Shown in pieces: positions 9,326 to 18,895 of a stretch of DNA of 64,000 bases (positions are counted from its first letter, which is position 1; each line of letters starts with the position of its first letter). Below the pieces are notes generated by a model. It was not told the DNA's origin. It did no database searches and was given only the letters and a program-made list of their open reading frames with translations. The DNA lies in assembly GCA_047284725.1 (NCBI GenBank), contig JBJBEO010000001.1, forward strand, positions 416,001 to 480,000, read 5' to 3'. Source of the DNA: Synechococcus sp. (GTDB lineage: Bacteria > Cyanobacteriota > Cyanobacteriia > PCC-6307 > Cyanobiaceae). The position numbers and the translations under genes are program-made.

Positions 9326-9787
9326 ATGTATTTATTTGGGATGGGGGCTGTCCTGCTGCCGATGTGGATAGCACTAGCAATTGTCAAAATAGCCACAGTT
9401 GTTTTTGTGTCAACTATTGTCGTCTGCCTAGTGTCTGCGATCATTGGGGCAATAGCAGTTGCCATATATTTTCTATTTAGGAATAGAATTGACAGCCGCT
9501 CGTCCGCATCCAAAACAACCACTCTTGTTGTTTTGGGCAGTTTGCCAGCAATTCTTTTTTTACTTCTTTTGAGTATAGGTTTTTCCAATGCTCCTGATGC
9601 GGCCTGGTGCGAATTAGTCAGGGGTAGTCACATGGAGCATGCTAGTAAAGACAAATGCGAAAAAATAGATTCAGCATGGTTTCGGTGGATATACCTTCCA
9701 GAAATGACGCGAAACACGAAGGCTGGGACTCCAGAGCAGGAAGAGGCGATACGGCAGAGCCTGCCAGATCAATCCTCTTCTCCATAA
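9326..9787 (+). CDS. Low-GC hypothetical membrane protein
   Basis: About three hydrophobic helices; AT-rich. Confidence 0.6.
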   Translation: MYLFGMGAVLLPMWIALAIVKIATVVFVSTIVVCLVSAIIGAIAVAIYFLFRNRIDSRSSASKTTTLVVLGSLPAILFLLLLSIGFSNAPDAAWCELVRGSHMEHASKDKCEKIDSAWFRWIYLPEMTRNTKAGTPEQEEAIRQSLPDQSSSP

Positions 9788-9911
9788 ATATGAAAGCTTT
9801 TCTGACCAGCAAGCTACCGAGTCGCTCCTGTTACCAAGCGTCCAGGCCCTATTTAGGCCAGGTGATCAGGTCCTTCGGATGCACCGAAGAATATGGTGGT
9901 AACCAGCGATG

Positions 9912-10196
9912 TCATGCCTGAATATGTTTTTCAACTAATATGGCATCGTTGATAGCAAACTTGTAAGCCTGCTGAGGCTCTCCGTTTAAATCTATCTCGA
10001 TCATTAGAATCGAGGACCACGGAAAGACATAAATTTGGTCATTCGCCTGAATGGTTAATTGCGGAAGCGAAGCTTTTTCAGCAAGCAGGCTCTGCAGCTG
10101 CATTTTGGGGCCTTGCTCTGGATATTCAAAGATGAAGGTGCTTCGGTCCAGTAGCGTGATTTTAGCTTGTCGTGAATTGTTCATTGGACCTTGCAT
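9912..10196 (-). CDS. Low-GC hypothetical protein
   Basis: 94-aa ORF with a beta-rich pattern (IYVFPWSSILMIEI). Confidence 0.6.
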   Translation of the reverse strand: MQGPMNNSRQAKITLLDRSTFIFEYPEQGPKMQLQSLLAEKASLPQLTIQANDQIYVFPWSSILMIEIDLNGEPQQAYKFAINDAILVEKHIQA

Positions 10197-10721
10197 GGTT
10201 CTACAAGCTCATTATGGTCAGGACGCAAGGTGGTTTGGATCGATCTGATAGATAATTTTCCATAGCGCTGCTCAGGCGGATTGTTGATAAAAGGTTAATC
10301 GTCATGTTTGGTTTTTCGATGGAGTCTTGCGCTTTACATCGGAGAGTTTCAACAGCTTTGCAACTTCCACCTCCGCATATGCGGTTTTGGAGTTGGCTTT
10401 GCCGTGTTGATCGGTGGGCGTTGGATTTCGGTTTTATCGGGAAGGCTCGTAGGCCAGGAAGTCTCCTTTGAAATTGGCTGCGGACAAAGCGCCGATCAGG
10501 GCGAGCCGTGGGTTGTCCTCCACCAGCAGATCCCATGCTGTGAGCATGGTGGCCAGGGCCGGCGGTGCCGGGCGCAGCACCACCTCCATGGCGGTCTCAG
10601 CTCACCCGCAGCAATCACAGCCGCCTCACTATCAACCGCACGCCACATCAGCTGCTTCGTTAATCCCAGCGCTGCCCATCCCGGATAGCTTTCACCAGGA
10701 AATACAGCAGCGAATCGCAGC

Positions 10722-11240
10722 CTAAGGGCTGCTTGTACTTGGGGCGATAGATCCATCGCGAGGCTTCTTCGATTTGATTACTTCAACCCTATCCACGGCT
10801 TTTTGCTGCTTTAGCTCATTCCCAGCGAAAGCCGAGTAAGTGATGGGCTGGCTCGGCCACACAGCTATAAAGACTTGGACCACAGCGGAGGCTGCCGCAA
10901 CGATTGCCGCGATGTTTGCTGTTCTTGCAGTTTTTGCGGCCAACGCTCCTGTCTTCAAGGCCAACTCTCGATCTTCCTTTAGGCATTCCAATTGAATGGC
11001 ATCTCTTCGATGATCAGCAGATCTCTCAATAAGAAAAAGAACCAACTCCCTAGGATCAAATTCCTTACCTTTATGTTTCATCTCCCTCGCGGCCTCCTCG
11101 GCGTCTTTACGTGCGCCATCCGCAAGAAGATGAGATGTCTCGATTCTTTTGTCTAACGGTGTTTTGGGGCCTAATTTTTTTGTCTCCTCTTTTAGCTCTT
11201 AGAAAAATTCATTATTTGATCCATCCTTCCCTTGTGCCAT
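10722..11240 (-). pseudogene. Low-GC coiled-coil/TM gene with one in-frame stop
   Basis: ATG at 11240 is in frame with ORF 10722-11081; the only interruption is TAA at 11199-11201. Confidence 0.5.
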
Positions 11241-11327
11241 CGCTCAGAATAATTATCTACAGACAACATAGCGGGTATACCCGATAAAACCTCATTCCCA
11301 ATACTGCTTAAACGGGCAATCGCTCGC

Positions 11328-11804
11328 TCAGCACAACTTCAGCAGTTCTGCCTCAGCAGCTTTCAACCGCTGGAACACACCTGCATCACCTCCATGATCT
11401 GGATGCCATCGCTTGTACTGCATCCGCGCTGCTTTCTTCACCTGCTCGCGATTCGGGTTGCCATCCAACAGAAACATCCCCAGCAGTTGACTCTTCCGTA
11501 CGTCCGCATCTGTCTGCACTGTTCTCAACATCTCCTCCAGTTCCATAACCCGATCACCTAACGCCGCAATCTCCTTGTCTTTCTCGCCGACCATCACATC
11601 CAGCAACGCTTCCAGCCCAGCACCATGCCCTGCAGGCTTCTTCCCATCCAGCTTCTCATCCACATAATCACGACCCACCTGGTGATCACCAGTGCCAAGC
11701 GATCTCCACTCCACAGTCCGTTGGCCCTCAGAGCCCACAATCACCTTCGGTAACCCTTCCGCCACCACATCGCTGATCCAATGCCCGCGATAGTTGATCC
11801 TCAT
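11328..11804 (-). CDS. Protein with coiled coil and C-terminal J-domain
   Basis: QVKKAARMQYKRWHPDHGGDAGVFQRLKAAE; ATGA coupling. Confidence 0.8.
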   Translation of the reverse strand: MRINYRGHWISDVVAEGLPKVIVGSEGQRTVEWRSLGTGDHQVGRDYVDEKLDGKKPAGHGAGLEALLDVMVGEKDKEIAALGDRVMELEEMLRTVQTDADVRKSQLLGMFLLDGNPNREQVKKAARMQYKRWHPDHGGDAGVFQRLKAAEAELLKLC

Positions 11805-12154
11805 AATTCAGCCCAGAACGGTGATGTACGCGGTTCGTTCACTTCCTCGCCATTCCGTTTCCGCAAGTTCTTTCGCACCAAGCCTTCGGCCCACAAGCTG
11901 ATCCCTTCAAACGGCTCCAGATCCTCTGCACAGATCCAATTCATCACACCAAACATCGGCCCGCTCCCTGGCTTACGGCCGACCTGCAACATCACGCGCA
12001 CCCTGGCCTTGCCTTCATTGATCTCCTCAATCAATCCATCCAGCTCCACCGTCTGACCCAGCTCATCCCGAAAATCAGCAATGCCCCTGCTTGCCTCCCT
12101 GCTGATCAACACACCATTCCTTTCGCCATAACGCTGCAACTCTGCTGGGGTCAT
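11801..12154 (-). CDS. Hypothetical protein
   Basis: TGATG coupling to the terminase stop; ATGA coupling to the next gene. Confidence 0.75.
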   Translation of the reverse strand: MTPAELQRYGERNGVLISREASRGIADFRDELGQTVELDGLIEEINEGKARVRVMLQVGRKPGSGPMFGVMNWICAEDLEPFEGISLWAEGLVRKNLRKRNGEEVNEPRTSPFWAEL

Positions 12155-13581
12155 CAGCTAAACCTCGGCCCACGGCCAACCTTGTACGGCTTGTGCATGT
12201 AGTTCGCGGCATACCGCCACGTATCAATGCAGTGTGTGATCGCTGTGGGATCCAGCAATTCACGCTTCTTCTGGTCTCTCGCCAGCAATGGTGTCAGCTC
12301 CCAAAACGCCCGGCATCGCCTCGATGCCTTCAGCCATGGATGACGCTCATCCCGATCCGTCGCAAACATCATCGACCGCAATCGGCTCAGCCCTGCTTCC
12401 TCACTCATCGCCGCTTTCCTGGCCCGCTCGAACGGCACACCACCGCGCTGAAACTCATGCGCAATCGTGTCCGCATGGCCCGTCCTGTTCCAGCACGCGT
12501 CATCAGCAATCCATCGGATCTCATGCAACGGAATCGGCCATCTGCTGATCCATTCGCGCAGAATCTCCGCCTGCTGGAGGTTGCTGGCCCCTAACCCTGC
12601 ATTCCAATCAGGCTCACCAGCCCTGGTGCTCTTGCTCAGGTAACACTCGTCAATCCCGAACAGGCTCCCCTTTGGAAGCATCGGGTGATTGGTGATGAAC
12701 AACGTGGCGCAACTCGGTGCAGCAATGCCCCAGTCGAAGCTGATCAGGTACTGCGCATTCCCCGGCAACACAGGCTGATCACCACCAGGCAGCTCCAGCA
12801 GTGATCGGCGCCGATTCAACGCATCGCCGAAGTAACTGCCGGTGACATCACCTTCAAAGCTGCCCTCAAGCCAGGCCTTCAGCAGGTCAGGGTCACCGCC
12901 TGCACTGATCTCGATCTGACGCCTGGTCTGCTCAAAGTCCAGATGCGGATTGTTGGCAATGTTGCTGCCGATGTAGACCGACCAGCTCGCTGTGTCCTCA
13001 CACAGGAAGCGCACTGCCTTGCCGGGTAACGGGAAACCTGCTGGCTGCACCCATCGTTGGCGGATCCATGAATGCCCTGCTTGGCCTGGGTTGGCCGTCA
13101 GGATGAATCGTGTCGGTGTCCCTGCTGGTGCCCTGAGCGTGGCCCGTAGCTGGTCGAGCATGTCGGGGTCGGCATACTGCCCGCCCTCATCAACCCAGAT
13201 CGTCGTCCGGGATCGACCCTGCTGGCGAAGCATTGCCTGTGGCCTGGAGGGGTCCAGGTAGGCCAGCTCAATCACACCGCCATTGGGCAACCGCAGGATC
13301 CAGTCAGAACGGTTGAAGCTCAAGGCCTTGCCGTAGGTGGCGCTCAACGTGCGGGCCAGGCTGTTGCTCAGCTCCTGCAGGCCAGCAAAGGATCGACGCA
13401 CAATCAGGCAGTTGAACCGCTCCTTGAGCACGGTGCTGTCCCTGGCGATCACCAGTTCCCCGCCGTAGGACTTGCCCGAGCCACGACCACCGCAGGCCAC
13501 CAGGTCGTGATCCAACGGCACCCGCATCATTTCGCCTTGCATCGGCGTTGGTGTGATCTGAGGCTGCGCTGATGCCGTCAT
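12154..13581 (-). CDS. terL: Terminase large subunit
   Basis: Walker A GGRGSGKS, Walker B IWVDE, coupling motif TANPG, nuclease motifs SFDWG and HCIDTWRY. Confidence 0.92.
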   Translation of the reverse strand: MTASAQPQITPTPMQGEMMRVPLDHDLVACGGRGSGKSYGGELVIARDSTVLKERFNCLIVRRSFAGLQELSNSLARTLSATYGKALSFNRSDWILRLPNGGVIELAYLDPSRPQAMLRQQGRSRTTIWVDEGGQYADPDMLDQLRATLRAPAGTPTRFILTANPGQAGHSWIRQRWVQPAGFPLPGKAVRFLCEDTASWSVYIGSNIANNPHLDFEQTRRQIEISAGGDPDLLKAWLEGSFEGDVTGSYFGDALNRRRSLLELPGGDQPVLPGNAQYLISFDWGIAAPSCATLFITNHPMLPKGSLFGIDECYLSKSTRAGEPDWNAGLGASNLQQAEILREWISRWPIPLHEIRWIADDACWNRTGHADTIAHEFQRGGVPFERARKAAMSEEAGLSRLRSMMFATDRDERHPWLKASRRCRAFWELTPLLARDQKKRELLDPTAITHCIDTWRYAANYMHKPYKVGRGPRFS

Positions 13582-14246
13582 TTCTGGCCCTCAACGGCTC
13601 CCTTAACCGTGGGTCCACCCTGTCCCTGACTGCTATCTGACGGGATCTGTAGCTGAGTGTGCCCACTTTCGTGCCCACTTGACCCGTTTTGAGGCGTTAC
13701 ATCGACCGTCTGCGCATCCCAAACAGCACCATCCGAAGCAGGGCTGACGAACACCACATTCGTGCTGATCTCACCAGCTCCAGCAGTGCTGGCTGTGTCG
13801 TCCATCAGGCCAAAGAACTGGGCGGTGCGCACCAGGCCTCTCGACGCCTCAGCCACCATCCTCGGATCAGCGTGCTTCGTACGGCGATACGTTCTGCCGC
13901 CCTCGGGATCCACCGTTTCCACCAAGGTTCCATTCAGAACCTGATCACGAACCTGTCTCATCGTCAGGTCGGTTAGCTCCTCAAACCAGGCTGCAACTTT
14001 CAACCTGATCCGATCTGAATCGAGGCCAAGTTTTTTCGAGATCTCCTCACCGCGTCGGATGGAATGCTGAGCACTACTGAGAGTTCTCACCCCGAGTTCT
14101 TCCTGAACTGCTCGATCACTCAACCCCTGTAGATGCAAGGCGAATGCGTTGAGATGCTGCTGAACCTTCAGCGCATTGCGTTGCCTGGGGGGAAGTTCCT
14201 GAAGTTTCTCGGGGCTGATTTGACCGAGAAGTGACTGAATGGCCAT
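13578..14246 (-). CDS. Putative terminase small subunit
   Basis: N-terminal HTH (GLSDRAVQEELGV), helical core, ATGA-coupled directly upstream of terL; assignment is positional. Confidence 0.65.
   Translation of the reverse strand: MAIQSLLGQISPEKLQELPPRQRNALKVQQHLNAFALHLQGLSDRAVQEELGVRTLSSAQHSIRRGEEISKKLGLDSDRIRLKVAAWFEELTDLTMRQVRDQVLNGTLVETVDPEGGRTYRRTKHADPRMVAEASRGLVRTAQFFGLMDDTASTAGAGEISTNVVFVSPASDGAVWDAQTVDVTPQNGSSGHESGHTQLQIPSDSSQGQGGPTVKGAVEGQK
13659..13680 (-). repeat. Tandem AAGTGGGCAC motif inside the terS-like gene
   Basis: Minus strand reads AAGTGGGCACG-AAAGTGGGCAC, the same motif as at both element ends. Confidence 0.7.
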
Positions 14247-14272
14247 GCCCCCATTCTGCCGAAGGATTTTGG

Positions 14273-16759
14273 TCAGAAGGGGAAGCTGTCGAGGAGATCA
14301 AGCAAGGGTGTTTCTTGCCGACCTTGGCCAACTTGCCGACCTTTTTCGCCGTCTGAAAGCTCACAAGTTTTAATTGCGGAGAGAGATGGTTCTTCTTTAA
14401 TTCCTTTTTCCCTTTCAAAAAAAAGGTTGGTAAGGATGGCCTCAGGCTTGAGGACCCTTGCTGCGAGAGGGCTGAGGTCTTGCCAACCTTCTTGCCGACC
14501 TGGCTTTGGGGTTGGTGAGTCGGCCTGAGGTTGGTCAACCAGCTCGTAACCGCGTTTGACGACCTTGGTGGTGGAATCTGTCCTTCTTGTGGGCTTCCAT
14601 GTGTTGCCAGCGGCGGCTTTGACAGCACGGCTGAGCTTCATCGTGTCGGCCCTCTCTTGGCGATCGAGTGGCACACCGATGCGTTCCAGCAGCAGATCAG
14701 AGGCAACAAATGTGATGCCACTCTTGCGTGCTGATTCGAGGGTGTCAGCAACTTTGACTTCCCACGGTTCAGCGATGGTGGCGCCGAGTGCTCTGGCGCG
14801 AATGGCATTGGAACGCGGATGTGATTCGGGGAAGTAGGTGCGCATATCGTTTGCGAGCAAGGTCATCGCAGTGCGCCAGATGCGATCACGATTGGCGGCG
14901 ATCCACTGAGGCTTGGCTTCTTTCACTACGAGGCAGACCCAGAAACGTCGCGCACCGGTTGGATCGGTGAGTACCTCGTCCTCATTGGTGGTGCCGAACA
15001 TGACGGAACGGCGTGGATGAGGGATGGCGATCTTCTCGTGTTTCTCAACGTATTTGTCCTCCTGGAAGGTGAGCCAGGCCTTGAACTCGGAGGCGGAGCG
15101 AGAGATTGTCATCTTCTCCAGCTCAGCGATCTCGAAGAGCCAGGCGGAGTTGATGCGAGAGAGGAAGTCTTTGGCCTCAAGGTCAGCGACGTTGCAGGCG
15201 GCATCGACCCAGCGACGGGTGGGCACCAAAGCCGCGATGGAGGAGGACTTGAGAAAGCCCTGCGCACCAGAGAGCACCAACAGGGTGTCGTGCTGAGTTC
15301 CCGGATTGATGCCGCGATTCACAGCACCGCCAAGTTGCCGCCACATCAATTCGATGGACAGATCATCAGCACGATCGAACCCGAAGGCATCAGCCAGCTC
15401 ATCGTTGGTGACCGGTTCGAGGTCGGTCTGATCGACAAGATCGAGGAGGTATTCCCGGATTGGGTTGAACGGGTTGCCGTTGGCCAGATATTCAATGGCG
15501 CTCGTGGCATCCGATCTGGTGGTTTCAATGCCGTGGACATGAGCCAGCAACTGGTGAGCAAGGTGCGGCTTTTCGACCATGTTCCCGTCCACTTCGATCA
15601 CGCGATCCAGCTCGTTGAAGCGGATCTGATGTTTGAAGCTGAGGTACTGCTGAAGCATCAGCAGAGTCGGGGCTGACTTGTCGATCTCCGGTTCAACAAC
15701 CAGATGGCCGTCAATGTCATTGCTGGTGGTGGTGAGCAGATCAGCGCGGGTCTGTTCATCGACCTTCGCCAGGCGTTGTTTGATCCGTGCGTCGATCTCA
15801 CGCTTGGGGACGGCCAACCCCGGCTTCGCTCCAAGGAGATCCCGAAGCGCACCACGGAACATCTTGTTGCTGGGTGATGCGTCAGCGATGGCAGCGGCGC
15901 CGTTGTTGAGGATCACCCGATGGGTGGGCCAGGCCAGCTGCAACTGATCGTTCCAACGGGTGAACTCCTGTTCGAGGAACTCGACAGGGTCCAGCAGGTT
16001 CTCCGCCAGATCGGCAATGACCTTGGCAGCAGGCACGGGGCCTAGATCAGTAATGAGTTCCTCCATGCCCGCTTTGGCGTCAGCGTGGAGGTCGCGGTGT
16101 TTGGTGACGGCATAGGCGTGACCATCACGGAAGGGAAGGATCTGGAGCTTGAGACCACGGCGGCGAGCCTGTCCGATCACGGTGCCGAGAAGATTGGGGG
16201 CGATGCCTGTATCGCAATCGCCGATGTAACCCTTGCACCAAGGGGGCAGGCCTGAGCCATAGAGGTGGCCAGGCGCAGTCAGTCCAATGCAGGGGATGCC
16301 AGCCAGCAGAGTGCAGGCCATGGCATCGAAGAAGCCTTCAGTGGCGATCTTTGCCAGGCCGATCTGATTGCCATCAGGCCCCTCAAGGTTGGAGGGGTCA
16401 AAGGGTTGGCAAGCGCCGACCTTGGCGGCCACCTCGGCATCAGAGTTGAGGCGATCACCGGTGACGGGATCTTCAGAACCCTTGGGATAGAGGTACTTCG
16501 CAAAGCGTTCCCGCTCGGCGTCCCATGGCGGCGAATCGCAGCGCAGTGAATAGGTGGGTGCCTTGGCCTTGGGGTTGAAGCAAATAAGGATGCCGCCAGT
16601 TTTGGTCTCACTGGCTTTCCAGAAGATCACCAGCCAATCGGCTTCGACCTCCTCCCATGTCAGAGAACGGATAAAGCCCTGGGCCACCATCCAATTGATC
16701 TGCTCATCGCTGAACCCGCGTTTGCGGATCTGCTGCCGGTGCTGATCAGAGAGTTTCAT
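14273..16759 (-). CDS. Primase-VirE (virulence-associated E family) helicase fusion
   Basis: Toprim-like ATEGFFDA...GDCD; P-loop LSGAQGFLKSS, FEIAELE, FGTTN, DPTGARRFW. Confidence 0.88.
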   Translation of the reverse strand: MKLSDQHRQQIRKRGFSDEQINWMVAQGFIRSLTWEEVEADWLVIFWKASETKTGGILICFNPKAKAPTYSLRCDSPPWDAERERFAKYLYPKGSEDPVTGDRLNSDAEVAAKVGACQPFDPSNLEGPDGNQIGLAKIATEGFFDAMACTLLAGIPCIGLTAPGHLYGSGLPPWCKGYIGDCDTGIAPNLLGTVIGQARRRGLKLQILPFRDGHAYAVTKHRDLHADAKAGMEELITDLGPVPAAKVIADLAENLLDPVEFLEQEFTRWNDQLQLAWPTHRVILNNGAAAIADASPSNKMFRGALRDLLGAKPGLAVPKREIDARIKQRLAKVDEQTRADLLTTTSNDIDGHLVVEPEIDKSAPTLLMLQQYLSFKHQIRFNELDRVIEVDGNMVEKPHLAHQLLAHVHGIETTRSDATSAIEYLANGNPFNPIREYLLDLVDQTDLEPVTNDELADAFGFDRADDLSIELMWRQLGGAVNRGINPGTQHDTLLVLSGAQGFLKSSSIAALVPTRRWVDAACNVADLEAKDFLSRINSAWLFEIAELEKMTISRSASEFKAWLTFQEDKYVEKHEKIAIPHPRRSVMFGTTNEDEVLTDPTGARRFWVCLVVKEAKPQWIAANRDRIWRTAMTLLANDMRTYFPESHPRSNAIRARALGATIAEPWEVKVADTLESARKSGITFVASDLLLERIGVPLDRQERADTMKLSRAVKAAAGNTWKPTRRTDSTTKVVKRGYELVDQPQADSPTPKPGRQEGWQDLSPLAARVLKPEAILTNLFFEREKGIKEEPSLSAIKTCELSDGEKGRQVGQGRQETPLLDLLDSFPF
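14314..14538. repeat. Iteron cluster around an AT-rich tract (candidate replication origin)
   Basis: CTTGCC(G/A)ACC at 14314, 14332, 14479 and 14491; inverted variants at about 14425, 14510 and 14529; A/T tract at about 14390-14424. Confidence 0.7.
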
Positions 16760-16965
16760 CAGCCCACCCCCTGATCCAGTTGGTCTTCCTTGGCCAGCAC
16801 CTGAGCGGTGAGATTGCAGATGGTGCCGCCATCGGCGGGCATGTCCTTGGCCTTGAGGTATGCCTCAACCGACCAAGCGGTATCGAGGACACGAACCAAA
16901 GCTGTGGCGAAATTCGGAGAGAAGTCGCGAGCGCTGCTGAGCGCGTAATCCCAATCGCTTTGCAT
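16759..16965 (-). CDS. Hypothetical protein
   Basis: 68 aa, TGATG-coupled to the primase gene. Confidence 0.7.
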   Translation of the reverse strand: MQSDWDYALSSARDFSPNFATALVRVLDTAWSVEAYLKAKDMPADGGTICNLTAQVLAKEDQLDQGVG

Positions 16966-16966
16966 C

Positions 16967-18400
16967 TCAGGCCGCCTCCTGATCAGCGATCAGATGAACG
17001 GCACGCTGTGCTCGAGTGAGCGCTGTGTACCAAAGCCTTCGCCGTTCGGGTGCACCGCCGGCGGCGCGATCCATGTAACGGCCCTGGACAAAGACGTTGC
17101 GGAACTGCGACCCCTGAGCCTTGTGGCACGTGAGGCACCAGTACGGCTGCAACTGCGCGAAGGCGTCACGGAGATCCCAGAACGCATCCCAGGCACCTTG
17201 GCCACGGCCACGGTTATGGGCTTCAAGTGCTTCCTTCTTCAGCAGATCGAGGGCCACCTGCCAGCGACCTTCGTGGGTTGGATCAAGGGCACGGATTATC
17301 CGTGGGGTTTCGTGGTCGTCGGTGTGAGTGACCAGTTCCCAGGCCTTGAAGGGTTTGCCATCAGCGCAGGCTGGGTGCAGGAAGTCCTTTTGCTCAGCGC
17401 CGAGGATGACCAGCTCACGGGAACTGCCGTAGATCAGTTCGTCGTGATCGTCGGGTGCTTTGACGCCCTCATGAGTGATGACACGTTCACCGGAGAGGAA
17501 CGGTGCAGCGTTGCGGCCGTAAACGTGCTTGCGGATCCCGGCATTGAGACGGGCGACCTCGGCGTTGGTCCAGGCGATGACACGGAAGGCATCAGGGTCA
17601 TCCTTCTCGTGATGCTCGTAGGCCATCTCAAGGAAGGCGTGCTGCCACTCCTTCTTGTCGGCGTAGGTGAAGATCGCAGTGTCTTCACCGATGACGGACT
17701 TGGGGAACTGCGGGCGCCAGGCTTTGCCGGTGGTCTGCCTGATGGCCGTGGCGGCATCGAGCACAGCACCGTCGTGGCGCATCACCTTGGTCAGATCGAA
17801 ACGGGGTGTGCAGCGCAGCGCTGGTGAAACCCGCCCGAACTTGACCGGCGATAGCTGGGCCTCATCACCGATGAAGACGATCTTTGTCCAGAAGTCCGCA
17901 GCGTCCTCGATCAGCTTGAGAAGCTTGGGGTGCATCATCGAGGCCTCATCAGCCAGCCAGATGTCGTTTTCATCCAGGCGTGGTTTGCTGCCGAACTGAG
18001 GAACGAAATCAACTTCGTCTTTGGTCTTTTGTTCCCGCAGGCCGAGCAATGAAGCGAAGGTGGCGGTGTCGGCTTTGTTGACGCCACAGGCGGTCGCCAG
18101 AACCTGACAGGCCTTGTGGGTTGGAGCGCACAGGCCGACGGAACAACCAGCAGCGATCAACGCTTCACGGATCAGTCGTGAGCTGGCCGATTTGCCGCTG
18201 CCAGCGGGGCCATTGAATGAAGCGAAGGTGCCACCACCGTTCTGCCGGCACCAGGAGACCAGCCCGTCAATGGCGGCCTGTTGTTCTGGAGTGGGTTTGA
18301 GCGGCGGGAGTTTGGCAGCGAGTGCATCGGCTTGTTTTTCGATGCGATCAGCGGCCGTTGCGGCAGGCGAGTGCATACCGCTAGGGTTTGGACAATCCAT
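16967..18400 (-). CDS. SF1B DNA helicase, Dda/RecD-like
   Basis: GPAGSGKS, APTHKA, DEASM, GDEAQLSPV, TCHKAQGS, YTALTRA; start may be 18376. Confidence 0.92.
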   Translation of the reverse strand: MDCPNPSGMHSPAATAADRIEKQADALAAKLPPLKPTPEQQAAIDGLVSWCRQNGGGTFASFNGPAGSGKSASSRLIREALIAAGCSVGLCAPTHKACQVLATACGVNKADTATFASLLGLREQKTKDEVDFVPQFGSKPRLDENDIWLADEASMMHPKLLKLIEDAADFWTKIVFIGDEAQLSPVKFGRVSPALRCTPRFDLTKVMRHDGAVLDAATAIRQTTGKAWRPQFPKSVIGEDTAIFTYADKKEWQHAFLEMAYEHHEKDDPDAFRVIAWTNAEVARLNAGIRKHVYGRNAAPFLSGERVITHEGVKAPDDHDELIYGSSRELVILGAEQKDFLHPACADGKPFKAWELVTHTDDHETPRIIRALDPTHEGRWQVALDLLKKEALEAHNRGRGQGAWDAFWDLRDAFAQLQPYWCLTCHKAQGSQFRNVFVQGRYMDRAAGGAPERRRLWYTALTRAQRAVHLIADQEAA

Positions 18401-18484
18401 TCGGACTCTTTGCGGGGTTTGTGATGGGGGAGCCGATCAACCCCGTGCTTTCCAGGGCGGCGGGTTGATCGACGGTGCGAAGCG

Positions 18485-18658
18485 TCAGAAGGCAGCGCGA
18501 CGTTCAAAGCCTTCTTCGATGAGATTCCGCACGACGGCAGAAACACTTCGCTCGCCCTCACGACGACGCAGAGCTTCAAGACTTGCCCACATGTCCTGAG
18601 TCATGGAGACGGCCGTGATCTTGTCTCTGCGTTGTGTTTTGGCGGGAGTTGCTGTCAT
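18485..18658 (-). CDS. Ribbon-helix-helix (CopG-like) regulator, 57 aa
   Basis: Manual translation MTATPAKTQRRDKITAVSMTQDMWASLEALRRREGERSVSAVVRNLIEEGFERRAAF; not in ORF track. Confidence 0.7.
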   Translation of the reverse strand: MTATPAKTQRRDKITAVSMTQDMWASLEALRRREGERSVSAVVRNLIEEGFERRAAF

Positions 18659-18895
18659 TGACTCATTGGCTGAGGTATCAACAATCGAAACTTATTGAGC
18701 GTTTGGCGCATGTCCAAGCCGCTAAAACCCATCCGCGTCAACCACAGACATTCCCGCCGAAGCCTGCCACTTATTGATAAGCAGCGTTGATCAGAACCCA
18801 CCAACTGATGCAGGGAAATGCCCGGAATCGGGGGCCACATGCGCATGAAAAAGGCCCCCTTTTGGAGGCCAATGGAACAGGATTAGAGATCGTTT

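Noticed and set aside
10436..10589. About 51-aa minus-strand ORF in a GC-rich patch within the cargo
   Set aside because: No motif or coupling evidence; cannot be supported
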